Shown in pieces: positions 1 to 11,234 of a DNA stretch of 34,220 nucleotides. The notes under the pieces are model-generated. The model ran no database searches, had not been told where the DNA came from, and saw only the letters and a program-made list of their open reading frames with translations. Where the stretch lies: assembly GCF_001194135.2 (NCBI RefSeq), contig NC_068982.1, positions 21,642,118-21,676,337 on the forward strand. The letters run 5' to 3'. The stretch is from Octopus bimaculoides (Eukaryota). The position numbers were made by a program, and so were the translations under genes. The stretch's first letter is position 1. Each line of letters opens with the position of its first letter.

Positions 1-254
1 AAACAAAAGCAGGAAGAATATTTCAGGTCATTTAGGTCTCTAATTAAATATTGTAAATGACCTGAAATACCCATCCTCCATTGGTTTTCATTTTTTTTTT
101 CATTTAGGTATGCACATACCTGTACGTATATATGCATATACTCATTTATTATTTGTTTTTACATGACCGAACGCCAGCGTTATCACTCTTGTAAGTAGTT
201 ATTTCAACTTTATATTTTCTGATTCGACTCTATCTCTTTCTCTATCACTTTCTC

Positions 255-385
255 CCCCTCTCGTTCTTCCTCTGTTACTACTACGTATCTCTCTTTACCC
301 CTCTCGTTCTTCCTTCTGTTACTACTATATCTCTCTCTTTTCCCCCTCGTACATCCTTCTGTTACTACTATATTCCTCTCTTCCT
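255..385. repeat. Minisatellite, ~3 copies of a 43-44 bp CT-rich unit
   Basis: The core ctgttactacta recurs at 272, 316 and 359 (periods 44 and 43) with similar flanks. Confidence 0.75.
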
Positions 386-445
386 CTCTTTCTCTCGTTG
401 CTCACCTATTCTTCTACTTCCGCCCTTTGTCTCTCACTCTACCAC
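318..445 (+). repeat. 128-bp exact direct duplication, copy 1 (runs into gap)
   Basis: Base-for-base identical to 2490-2617 and ends at the N gap starting at 446. Confidence 0.9.
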
Positions 446-2103
446 NNNNNNNNNNNNNNNNNNNNNNNNNNNNNNNNNNNNNNNNNNNNNNNNNNNNNNN
501 NNNNNNNNNNNNNNNNNNNNNNNNNNNNNNNNNNNNNNNNNNNNNNNNNNNNNNNNNNNNNNNNNNNNNNNNNNNNNNNNNNNNNNNNNNNNNNNNNNNN
601 NNNNNNNNNNNNNNNNNNNNNNNNNNNNNNNNNNNNNNNNNNNNNNNNNNNNNNNNNNNNNNNNNNNNNNNNNNNNNNNNNNNNNNNNNNNNNNNNNNNN
701 NNNNNNNNNNNNNNNNNNNNNNNNNNNNNNNNNNNNNNNNNNNNNNNNNNNNNNNNNNNNNNNNNNNNNNNNNNNNNNNNNNNNNNNNNNNNNNNNNNNN
801 NNNNNNNNNNNNNNNNNNNNNNNNNNNNNNNNNNNNNNNNNNNNNNNNNNNNNNNNNNNNNNNNNNNNNNNNNNNNNNNNNNNNNNNNNNNNNNNNNNNN
901 NNNNNNNNNNNNNNNNNNNNNNNNNNNNNNNNNNNNNNNNNNNNNNNNNNNNNNNNNNNNNNNNNNNNNNNNNNNNNNNNNNNNNNNNNNNNNNNNNNNN
1001 NNNNNNNNNNNNNNNNNNNNNNNNNNNNNNNNNNNNNNNNNNNNNNNNNNNNNNNNNNNNNNNNNNNNNNNNNNNNNNNNNNNNNNNNNNNNNNNNNNNN
1101 NNNNNNNNNNNNNNNNNNNNNNNNNNNNNNNNNNNTATATATATATAGTATGTGTGTGTGTGTCTGTCTGTGTGTGTGCTATGTGAATTTATTGAAAGGT
1201 ATCCCATAGAACTCAACAAATTTGTTAAAAGTGGAGAAGTGAAGATGTCAAAATTTGAAAGAATTTTAATACATGCATACGATCCTCATATATATGTACA
1301 CATAGATATATATGTACACATAGATATATATGTGTATATATATGTGTGTCTGTGTGCGTCTATGTGTGTGTCTGTGAGGGCATATATATATAAGTGGGTA
1401 ATTAGTTTTAAAGGTACACCCAATTCATTTAGAAATGCCTGTATAGTATATATGGGTGTGTGCGTGATCGGGTTTTAAATCATCTCGTCCAACAGTATAC
1501 TCAACTTGAAGCATTGAGTAATCTATACATTTTCCTTAATATTACGTCATTCTTAATACCAATACCACGCAATGCATGTGTGTTTCTTTATGTGTGAGTT
1601 TGTGAATGTGATTGTTTGTGCAACCATGTGTGTGTATGTGTGTGTGTGTGCGTGCATGTATGTAATTACATTTGAAGGTCTCTGGATATGCGCATATGTA
1701 TGTATTATATTCAGTCAAGTAATTTCGAAAGCTCAACACACGCTGCGGAAATTTAATCTATCCATCCCATCTATACATAAAATTTTGTGCATTATCGCAG
1801 CATGCAATCTAAGTAGAATCTTCCATTTCAGTAGCTCACTATAAATGCTCATACCGTACGCACTGATTTGCCCATGCAAACGAGATACATATATCAGTCA
1901 TTCGGTAATGCAGGAATTCGAATTTGTTTTGGTAAAAACAGAAACAAAAAAAAATCTAGAAATACTTATATTTAATAAGGGATTTAGCTAAATGCTTAAT
2001 CTCTTGCTCTTTCTATTACGCAATATCTTCCAAACTGCTTTGCTAGGGCCTTTTAAATCCTTCTTCATACATGTGTGCTTGTGTGTATATATATATATGT
2101 ATG

Positions 2104-2113
<10 letters not shown>

Positions 2114-2164
<51 letters not shown>
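2114..2164. repeat. (GT)n microsatellite within (TA)/(TG) low-complexity DNA
   Basis: Uninterrupted GT run. Confidence 0.95.
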
Positions 2165-2174
<10 letters not shown>

Positions 2175-2489
2175 AAACGTGTGTGCATGTATATGTATAT
2201 GTGTGCGTGTTTCTATCTATGTGTTCATGTATATACTGACGTGTAGAATATTTATAATTTGTTTGCAAACGTGGAATGACACGAGCTGCAATATTTTCTC
2301 TCAGGGAAAATTTCTCTGAAAATTTTCAGTGCTAATAATGTGATAATTCTCAACTGATGCCGGTGGATCGCCAGACATGATGTATTGACCTGATTTACAA
2401 ACTTCAGTGACGAATCGAATACCCTGAACATTCTCCAGTAATTTGAAAAATACTTGAGACCTTATAGAAATAGCATTGCACTGTGACAA

Positions 2490-2617
2490 GTTACTACTAT
2501 ATCTCTCTCTTTTCCCCCTCGTACATCCTTCTGTTACTACTATATTCCTCTCTTCCTCTCTTTCTCTCGTTGCTCACCTATTCTTCTACTTCCGCCCTTT
2601 GTCTCTCACTCTACCAC
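2490..2617 (+). repeat. 128-bp exact direct duplication, copy 2
   Basis: Identical to 318-445 and followed by (CT)n. Confidence 0.9.
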
Positions 2618-2964
2618 TCTCTCTCTCTCTCTCCCTTACCCCTGCATGGTCACATGCTTCCGGTCACTAATCCTTTTCATTAAGGGCATGGTTCACAATT
2701 TCCATGAAACCAACGTCACTCACAAGATTTCGATCAAGCGAAAGTTATGTTAGTGCACTGACTCACCAAGCCACAAAGTGATATTGAAACCGCAAGCTTA
2801 TGTTTCTGTAGCGAAGTCTTTAAGCATTCGGCCATAACAATCTTCGTATACAAAGTTACGTATAGGTAAAAAGAATATTTATCGCATGACGTGAATTTCA
2901 CGGCCCCAAGACCTTCAGATGAAAATGCTATCTCTGTATCTCTCTTCTTTGTTTCCCTCCTTAG

Positions 2965-2996
<32 letters not shown>

Positions 2997-3689
2997 ACTC
3001 TCAACTTTTCGTGAGCATTTTTGCCATCGTCAAGCAGTTCTCCTTGGCCTTGACTGTCAGAATTGCTCCTTTGCACTTCTTGTACGAGAGGTAGCTACAT
3101 TTATTCAGGAGCAACACCCATCTCTCTCGTCCTGATACACATACTTAGATATTCCATCTCCTTGTCTTGCAGCTGCTGGATTAATTATGGCTTGAGAATA
3201 CAGTCAGGACGCTTGCTGTATCTTCTCCTGCTGACCACAGCTTTGTAGTTTATGCTGCAGCTGTCCTGGTAACAGTTTACAATGTTCACAGAACGTTAAG
3301 CAGCAGTCATCATGTCGGCAATTTAGTAGCAGGCACGAATACTCATGATACAAATACATCTTTAACAATATTTAGTTAACTTTTCTCAGCTACAGTTTTA
3401 ATCTTTATACTATTGAATGCCGTTGACTGATCACTAATACATCTAGCTGTTCCTGAAAACAGGAGATATTGATGTCAAATTTAGCCCGAACAGTTTGAAC
3501 ATATAATATATGTATGTATGTGTGTATGTATGTACACACACACGTATATATATACATGTTATTATTTAGGGTCACGATACATGTGTTAAAGCGCTACTAA
3601 TAGTTTCATATTTTGAGTGAACTCAAATATATTCTTCAGGCGCAAACCATATATTAGTAGCGCTTTAATGCATGTATTGTGACCTTTAA

Positions 3690-3698
3690 ATAATAATG

Positions 3699-3777
<79 letters not shown>

Positions 3778-3796
3778 CAATAACAATAATAATAAT
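3690..3796. repeat. (TAA)n microsatellite
   Basis: Long TAA run. It produces the poly-I, poly-L and poly-Y pseudo-ORFs. Confidence 0.95.
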
Positions 3797-4538
3797 GAAG
3801 ATAACTATAAAAATAATGATAATGTATATATATACATATATATATACATATATATATGTATACGTGTGTGTGTACATACGCCAGATAGAGTACTTTTTTG
3901 TTGAATTTTTTATCACGGATCAGTACATTATTTATATGTATGTGTGTGTGTTTGTGTGTGTGTGTATGTGTGCGTATATGTATGTATGTACGTATATACG
4001 TATGTATGTATGTATGTATGTATGTGTATATGTATGTGATATGTAAATCCTTGTACACCGACACATATGTTTATACATGTGGGAGTGTCCCAATCCCAAA
4101 ATTTCCCTCTGGTTGGTTCTACTGTTACTGTTACATTCTTGCTCTCTTACTAAGGTTAAAATCGAACTACCATATACCTAATTTCTAACAATGGATCTTT
4201 CTTATTCCTATCTGGCCATCACTGCCTATCTTAATTACGTATCCTTGTTCTTACAATTTATCCCCATTCCAAACCCCTAATGTTACATTATCATCCGTAT
4301 TGTACCTTGTCCCTAAACGTAGTGTGTTGTATTATGTAATGTCCGCTTGTGTTACTTCATGGAAGTTCGGAATAGCATGAAATACATTTAACTGTTTCTG
4401 CTTGCAAAGCTGACCGGAAGTTATCACACTTTCGTCTTAAATTCATTATTTTAATGAATGTGAGCTTAGCTGAGTCAACAAAGAGTGTGTCAAAATACCA
4501 TTCGGTGATTGATTCCATACGTTTACACTTTGAACTTA

Positions 4539-5829
4539 CGTTGATGGGCTGAAAATTTCATAGGCTGACCATGAAGAATTGATGCTAGAACTATGAAATC
4601 TTGCATACATTAATTTCGACGCTTCCTATTAATAACTGTATTGCTTCTATCCATGTAAATTTACATCTGACTGTTGGAGCGTTTCAAAAGTAACTAGTGG
4701 TGGTATCTCTAGAAAATGGACAAAGTTTGGCATCGTTGTGTTATCAAGTACCTGCAGAAAATGGTTTTAACCTCTGAGTACATTCATATTGATATAGTTG
4801 CTACATTAGAGGATGATGTTCCAGTCTTTTCAACAGTGCAAAATTAGAAAACTGAATAGAGGAGAGAATGGGAGAGTCTTGAAGATGACCCATGGTCCGG
4901 AAGTCCTGCAATTGCTAGGAACATAATGATCGATTGCACCATATGGTGATGGATGACAGGCAATTGACAATAAATTTTAAAAAAAACTAATGCTACGAGA
5001 TTACCCCGTGGGTGATTTGAAAATATTCTGCACAAGGAACTTGGCATGATGATGGTTTCTCTCCTCGGTGTGTACCATGTTTTCTGACACCTGAGCAAAA
5101 GCACACTAGGCTGATCACATCACGGGAAAATTTGTCGTTGTTTGAGTCAGATCCATCTAGTTTCCTTCACAGTTTCCTAACCCAAGATAATTATTGGGCT
5201 CATCAGTTTCAGCCAGGGACAAGGAGACAATCGATGCAATGGTAACACCCCGTCTCACCTGCTCCAAAGAAGGCTAAGGTCGTTTCATGAGCAGGGAAGT
5301 TGTTGGCTTCAGTGTCTTGGGATGAAAACGGAACTGTGTTTATTGACCATCTTCAAAAGGGCCACACCATCGTTGGAAAGTACTATACCAACTATAGGTA
5401 CTATACCAACTATAGGTACAAAAGCCTATGAAGCCCAAACAGTAAAAAAACTGACGTAAGTGAACTTGTTTAATAGGATTGTGCTCCAGCACACACGTCC
5501 TTGGTTCCAATGGCTGCTGTGCATGACTGTGGCCTTGAACTGGTGTATCACTCTCCCTTTTCACCCGATTTGGCCCTATTTGGCTTTCATCAGGAAAAAT
5601 CATTTGGTTGGGAACCATTATCCCCGTGATGACGTCATATCTGCTGTTGATGGCGTTTTTGATCAACAGGGGCAGAGCTTCTTCCCCAGTCCGATTCAAA
5701 CAATGCAACACCGAAGGAAGAAGTTTACAGAAAGCAAGGCTGTCCATACTATGTGCAAAAATAAACCTCATTTGATCACATTGTACAAGAATATCTTGGT
5801 CAACCTATAAACTTTTCAACTGACCCTCA
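4539..5829 (+). mobile_element. Full-length decayed mariner (Tc1/mariner) DNA transposon, 1291 bp
   Basis: TA on both sides (4537-4538, 5830-5831). Imperfect 32-bp TIRs: cgttgatgggctgaaaatttcataggctgacc versus reverse complement tgagggtcagttgaaaagtttataggttgacc (22/32 match). Length is typical of mariners and there is an internal transposase relic. Confidence 0.92.
4716..5765 (+). pseudogene. Mariner transposase pseudogene (many stops and frameshifts)
   Basis: Manual translation from ATG 4716 gives MDKVWHRCVIKYL...ESLEDDPWSGSP (HTH/linker), CVPCFLTPEQK (WVPHEL-like), FLTQDNYW (TGDETW-like), SPAPKKAK, DCAPAHTS (HDNAPAH-like) and HSPFSPDLA (YSPDLAP-like). The N-terminus resembles Himar1/irritans-type proteins (subfamily tentative). 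Confidence 0.9.
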
Positions 5830-6391
5830 TAAATACCCTCAAAGTAACTGCTAGTATGTAAACACTGATGCCGTAATAATAGACTACACTCTCACTCAAG
5901 CTGGGTGACTTAAGTTGTATCACATTAATCATTATTCATCCTTTATTATCCTACTTCAGAACTTCCCAGTCGCTGGCCTGTCTCTTCAAATACGTGCGTA
6001 ATGTCCTTGAGAAAATTACTAAATCATTCACACATTTCTGTCTAGTCAGCTGCTTGTCTTAGCAATGCCTAATGTCTATACATGTCTTAATATTTGATAT
6101 TGTTGATTAAACTTAAAAAGAAATACATTCAAATTTTCTGAAAAGCCGCTTTATGTTTCTGAGTGTGAGACGTGTGTATACAACCGAAGAGTGAAAACGT
6201 GATATATTCACATTTATATACTTAGATAAAGAAAAATCACAAGAACAAATGAAGAAATAACTTGTTAAAAATTCGGATATGATGGTTTTTCAATATTCTT
6301 GCTTTATATTTTTTTCAGTTGTTTTCTCCACATTAAAACTAATATTTATAATATATTGTTTGCGAGATATAGGAGAATTAAGCATACATAT

Positions 6392-6402
6392 ATATATGTA
6401 TG

Positions 6403-6480
<78 letters not shown>

Positions 6481-6564
6481 AAGAGAGAGAGAGATAGAGA
6501 GAGAGAAAGAGAGAGAGAGAGAAAGAGAGAGAGAGATAAAGAGAGAGAGAGAGAGAGAGAGATA
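6392..6564. repeat. (TA)n followed by (GA)n compound microsatellite
   Basis: Directly visible. Confidence 0.95.
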
Positions 6565-6999
6565 AATACAAACAGAGGGAGACAGACCGATAAAGAGATA
6601 CGAACTCACATGTGTTCGTGTGTGTGGTTGGATGCATGTGTGTGGTTGGGTGCGTGTGTGTGTAGGTCTGTTTATATTTAGAATCCAAATGTCAAAGCAT
6701 TGAAGAATATGAAAATAACTCATTTAATGTTGTTCCTCGAAGCAATAGAAATTATAAATAATAGCTTGTAATGTATTGAATAAAATGTATCGCACACGGA
6801 AAATGAAAATGGAAACCTACAAACGAAAGACGAATTTTGTAACCAAGGAAGACGTGCTACCAATCTCACCATATTAGCTTCATGTAGTGTTGATTATTAA
6901 TTAGAGTTGTATTTATTTCAGGATAGACCACTAAACAATTTATACACACTCACGCACACATATATGTTTATGTACATACGTATATATACATATCATTAA

Positions 7000-7342
7000 G
7001 TGACGAGAAGATGGATTTGGTATTAGATTTCATTTTGTACAACGTTCGTTTACATCCACAGACAAAATTGTGTCTCACTAAAGATCTTGACTGTCGGCTG
7101 CCGGTTGTTACATGACCGTCTAGTGAGTCCACGGTTAGCAACTGGGGTTGCTGCATGTGCGAATGAATATCCAAAAGTTCGAAATCTAAATATAAATATC
7201 CCTAAACATTCCCTAAATAGCCGGACATATAACAACATGGCAGCCGACGCTCAAGATCTTTAGTGAGACGAAGCTTATTCTATAGATGTTAAACGAACAT
7301 TGTATGGAATAAAACTTAATATCAAATCCATCTTCTTGTTAC
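7000..7342. mobile_element. MITE-like fold-back element, 343 bp, ~120-bp inverted arms
   Basis: 7000-7118 is the imperfect reverse complement of 7222-7342, including a perfect 19-bp block gtctcactaaagatcttga. TTAA flanks both ends (6996-6999, 7343-7346). No ORF. Confidence 0.8.
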
Positions 7343-7393
7343 TTAACTATAATTAACCCATCTGACACTGTGAGTTACGGTAGTAGACCCAAT

Positions 7394-7495
7394 GGGGTCG
7401 ATATTAAGTACCAGTGAAATACTGGGATCGATGTAACCAACTAGTCTCCGTCCCCCAAAATTCAGGCCTTTTGCCTTTAGTAAAAAGGATTATTA
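7394..7495 (+). mobile_element. SINE 3' half (same family as 9293-9500, 9531-9750 and 14127-14334)
   Basis: ggggtcgat..taagtaccagtg..tactggg.tcgatgtaa...ccccaaaattcaggcct..tgcct with an ATT-type tail matches the other copies in this window. Confidence 0.75.
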
Positions 7496-7812
7496 TATAC
7501 AAGGAAGCAGGGCGCTAGGAGAACTGCTGCTGCATCGGAGAAAATGCTTAGCGGCATTTCTTCCGGGTTTTTTACGATCTCGGGTCGATTGCTGCCGTGA
7601 TAGATTTTTGACCATTCTTTCCTGTCAGGTGCGATGATATACGTACGGGCTGAGCACTGTTCACTCCGTAACCAACTAACCCGACCCCGCTTACAATATT
7701 TCAGGTTTTGTGAATAGTGCACAAAGAATTATTAAATACAGTAGATACACAAGGAAAGTTTTCTTGTGTAAGGATCGCGGAGAAAAAGTGAAGACAAAAA
7801 CGATGATCATCA

Positions 7813-7815
7813 GTT

Positions 7816-7880
<65 letters not shown>

Positions 7881-7910
7881 TGTTGTTGTTGTTGTTGTTG
7901 TCGTCGTCGT
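7813..7910. repeat. Compound trinucleotide (AGT)n(TGT)n(CGT)n
   Basis: Directly visible, next to the 3' end of the R4-type LINE. Confidence 0.95.
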
Positions 7911-7941
7911 TATAGAATTAGTAGAAGTTTTAATGGTTGTA

Positions 7942-8806
7942 TTATTATTATTGTTGTTGTTGCCTTTGTACAGCTTCTAACGCTAGAGGTGTACTACAAT
8001 ATCGGCTGTTTACTACCAGTGAACTAAGGTAACCCCTCCTATTTTTCGAGCACCTTCCGGAGTATTCGGGCGCTTCCAAGCAGTGTTGTTTTCTGCAAGT
8101 GCTCCACCCTTATTGCAACCCCTATTTGTTCTACGTACTTCTCGAGATTTTTATTCACTGTTCCCAGTACGAGCCTGTCGTGACGTCTCTTATATTGCTT
8201 CAGGGCTAGTGGCGTACATTGGCTGGTAATATGCATATGGCTGGTAATATGCCATATGGTTTCACCGTTTTGCCCGCATATTCTGCACTTATCATTTTCT
8301 GATGTGTTATCTATTCTGTATTTTATCTAGTTTGTTCTTAGTGCTTGCTCTTGCGCAGCACAGATTAGAGCCTCTGTTTCCGGTTTTAAATCACTTTTAT
8401 TCATCCACAGCCATTTTTTCTCGGTCTTTCTCATCTTCAACATCCCTCTGAAATTGGCCATGCATTCTTGTATTTACCCATTTATTTTCAGTTTCAGTCG
8501 TTTTCAATTTCTTGTATAGTACTTTATCTTTGCAATCTTGCATCCTACACAAACCTGACCTTCTTACTTGTAATAATAGCGGTTCTGTGGCATTTTTTTA
8601 CACACCATGCTATGTTATTTTCTTCTGCTCTAATGCTATTTTCGCATCCAGTAAGTCCTCTTCCGCCTCTTTTTCTTGGTACATACAGTCTGTCTGTGTC
8701 ACTTTTTGGGTGGAGTGACGTATATATAGTTAGCAACTTCCTTGTCTTCTTTTCTAAGCTGTTTAGTTTGTCTACTATTCATGCGATTACCCCTGCTCCA
8801 TATCTA
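7942..8806 (-). mobile_element. 5'-truncated, internally deleted R4/Dong-clade non-LTR retrotransposon (3' part)
   Basis: Minus-strand translation gives RYGAGVIA..KTRKLLTIYTSLHPKSDTDRLYVPRKRGGRGL, KSDLKPETEALICAAQEQALRT, a CRICGQNGETIWHITS..QC CCHC knuckle, YKRRHD and the C-terminus GTVNKNLEKYVEQIG..LQKTTLLGSARILRKVLEK*. A short 3' UTR and a (CAA/TAA)n tail follow. Confidence 0.88.
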
Positions 8807-8842
8807 TTATTGCTATTATTATTAGTAGTAGTAGTAGTAGTT

Positions 8843-8923
<81 letters not shown>

Positions 8924-8940
8924 TTAGTAGTAGTAGTAGT

Positions 8941-9022
<82 letters not shown>
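8807..9022. repeat. Compound (AGT)n/(AGC)n microsatellite with two (AGC)~6 blocks
   Basis: Directly visible, abutting the LINE 5' truncation point. Confidence 0.95.
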
Positions 9023-9023
<1 letters not shown>

Positions 9024-9292
9024 AAGCACTGATGATGGAGGTTGCGAATTCTTGATTGTAAAATGCAAGGAATTTCCGGACAATTAATTGATTTGTATTT
9101 AAAGCAAAAAAAAAAAAAAAAATGTTAAACAAGATATGAAAGGCAAAAAGTAATTGAAAAAAAAAAACTCAATAAAGTGATTACTTGAAGCAATGAATAA
9201 ATTAATAAATACATAAATAAATAAGTCAACGAATAAATTAAAAGAAAGAAATCCAAACTAAAAAATACGAAGAGATGTCAAGGATAATCAAT

Positions 9293-9500
9293 AATATTGT
9301 TTTCTACTCCAGGCACAAGGCCAGAAATTTTGGGAAAGTCGATTTGATCGACTCCAGTACGCAACTCATACTTAATTTATCGACCCCGAAAGCATGAAAG
9401 GCAAAGTCGACCTCGGCGAAATTTGAACTCAGAATGTAGCGGCAGATGAAACACCGTTAAGCATTTCGTCCGGTGTGCTAACATTTCTACCAGCTCGCCG
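9293..9500 (-). mobile_element. tRNA-derived SINE, copy A
   Basis: Reverse complement reads ggcgagctggtagaaatgttagc (A-box region)...ttctgagttcaaatttcgccgaggtcgactttgcc (B-box region)...ggccttgtgcct. Flanked by a near-perfect 20-bp direct repeat (9282-9301 and 9505-9524). Confidence 0.85.
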
Positions 9501-9530
9501 ACTTGGATAATTGATAATATTGTTGAACAA

Positions 9531-9750
9531 GGCAGTGAGCTCACGGAATGGCTAACGCGCTGGGTAACATGATTTGCATCACCTTACTCGCTTTACTGTT
9601 CTGAGTTCAAATTCCGGCGAGTTTGACGATGCTTTCCATCTTTTCGGGGTCTATAAAATAAGTACTAGTGGAATTCTGGGGTCAATGTAATTGACTTAAC
9701 GTCCTGCCCCGAAATTGCTGGCCTTGTGCTACAATTTGAAACCAATAATA
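9531..9750 (+). mobile_element. tRNA-derived SINE, copy B (same family, opposite orientation)
   Basis: ggcagtgagctc...ttctgagttcaaattccggcgag...ttcggggtctataaaataagtac...ggccttgtgc...gaaaccaata. About 80% identical to copy A over the ~66-bp core. Confidence 0.85.
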
Positions 9751-9987
9751 TTCTTGAACAAAATATGAGAAATTTTTTTAAAAATTAATCTATAATAATT
9801 ATTATTACTGTTGTTTAACCGTATGACCTTACATAGCGCCAGTACTTCAAGAGTACTTTATTTTATGGAATCTTAAAACACGGAAGGCACTCACCTCGAA
9901 TTGAAACCATAATATAAACAAGCCCAAGTACTGCTGTATCCACATCTGTTTTTCTGAGTGTGCGTATGTACACTTCATGTTTGGGCT

Positions 9988-10183
9988 AACCAAGCTACCA
10001 ATGGTTTCATGTTCAGATAGGTGTATCTCTTCACAATTATCAAGCCTATAGGGTGGCATATTGGAGTTAGTCTCCATCTTTAATGAAAACCAAGACAGAG
10101 ACGAGCACCAATGTCCAATGCTATAGGCTTGACAATTAAGAGATCTACCTCTCTCTGAACATAAAACAAATGGTAGCCTGGTT
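9988..10183. repeat. 196-nt imperfect inverted repeat (long hairpin)
   Basis: 9988-10064 pairs with 10108-10183 (aaccaagctacca...caagcctatag versus ctataggcttg...tggtagcctggtt). Part of the loop (gtctc/gagac) also pairs. Confidence 0.85.
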
Positions 10184-10338
10184 CACCTACAAATAAAGAA
10201 TATTTATTTACCTATGTGTTGTTGAGTACTCCTCACTATTTGATATTAACGTACATACACACATACACAGAAACACATATATATGTAAGTATGTATTTAC
10301 GTGTGCATATATATGAGTACACACATGTGCACACACAC

Positions 10339-10385
<47 letters not shown>

Positions 10386-11234
10386 TATATATANNNNNNN
10401 NNNNNNNNNNNNNNNNNNNNNNNNNNNNNNNNNNNNNNNNNNNNNNNNNNNNNNNNNNNNNNNNNNNNNNNNNNNNNNNNNNNNNNNNNNNNNNNNNNNN
10501 NNNNNNNNNNNNNNNNNNNNNNNNNNNNNNNNNNNNNNNNNNNNNNNNNNNNNNNNNNNNNNNNNNNNNNNNNNNNNNNNNNNNNNNNNNNNNNNNNNNN
10601 NNNNNNNNNNNNNNNNNNNNNNNNNNNNNNNNNNNNNNNNNNNNNNNNNNNNNNNNNNNNNNNNNNNNNNNNNNNNNNNNNNNNNNNNNNNNNNNNNNNN
10701 NNNNNNNNNNNNNNNNNNNNNNNNNNNNNNNNNNNNNNNNNNNNNNNNNNNNNNNNNNNNNNNNNNNNNNNNNNNNNNNNNNNNNNNNNNNNNNNNNNNN
10801 NNNNNNNNNNNNNNNNNNNNNNNNNNNNNNNNNNNNNNNNNNNNNNNNNNNNNNNNNNNNNNNNNNNNNNNNNNNNNNNNNNNNNNNNNNNNNNNNNNNN
10901 NNNNNNNNNNNNNNNNNNNNNNNNNNNNNNNNNNNNNNNNNNNNNNNNNNNNNNNNNNNNNNNNNNNNNNNNNNNNNNNNNNNNNNNNNNNNNNNNNNNN
11001 NNNNNNNNNNNNNNNNNNNNNNNNNNNNNNNNNNNNNNNNNNNNNNNNNNNNNNNNNNNNNNNNNNNNNNNNNNNNNNNNNNNNNNNNNNNNNNNNNNNN
11101 NNNNNNNNNNCACACACACACACACATACATATATATAATACTTTGAAAGCTTTATTATCAGTAAAAGGAAGCAAAAATAATTTTTTTTTTTCTTAAAAT
11201 ATGATATTGGTTTCAGTTTTTGAAAAGAATGTGT

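Noticed and set aside
2301-2489. 62-aa minus-strand ORF with a possible acceptor at 2460
   Set aside because: Short, starts at an alternative codon, and has no recognisable domain.
2640-2900. ETS- and CRE-like motifs suggesting a promoter
   Set aside because: Only short partial motifs with no downstream gene.
2991-3452. GC-richer block with a strong minus-strand acceptor (cctgttttcag|G at 3452)
   Set aside because: Stops in all frames and no recognisable protein motif.
5380-5419. CRISPR-like or regulatory direct repeat
   Set aside because: Two adjacent 18-bp copies with no spacers, inside a mariner. A slippage duplication in eukaryotic DNA.
7504-7690. Additional SINE head fragments (aaatgcttagcggcatttc; minus-strand gcggggtcgggttagttggttacgg)
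   Set aside because: Too short and diverged to delimit with confidence.
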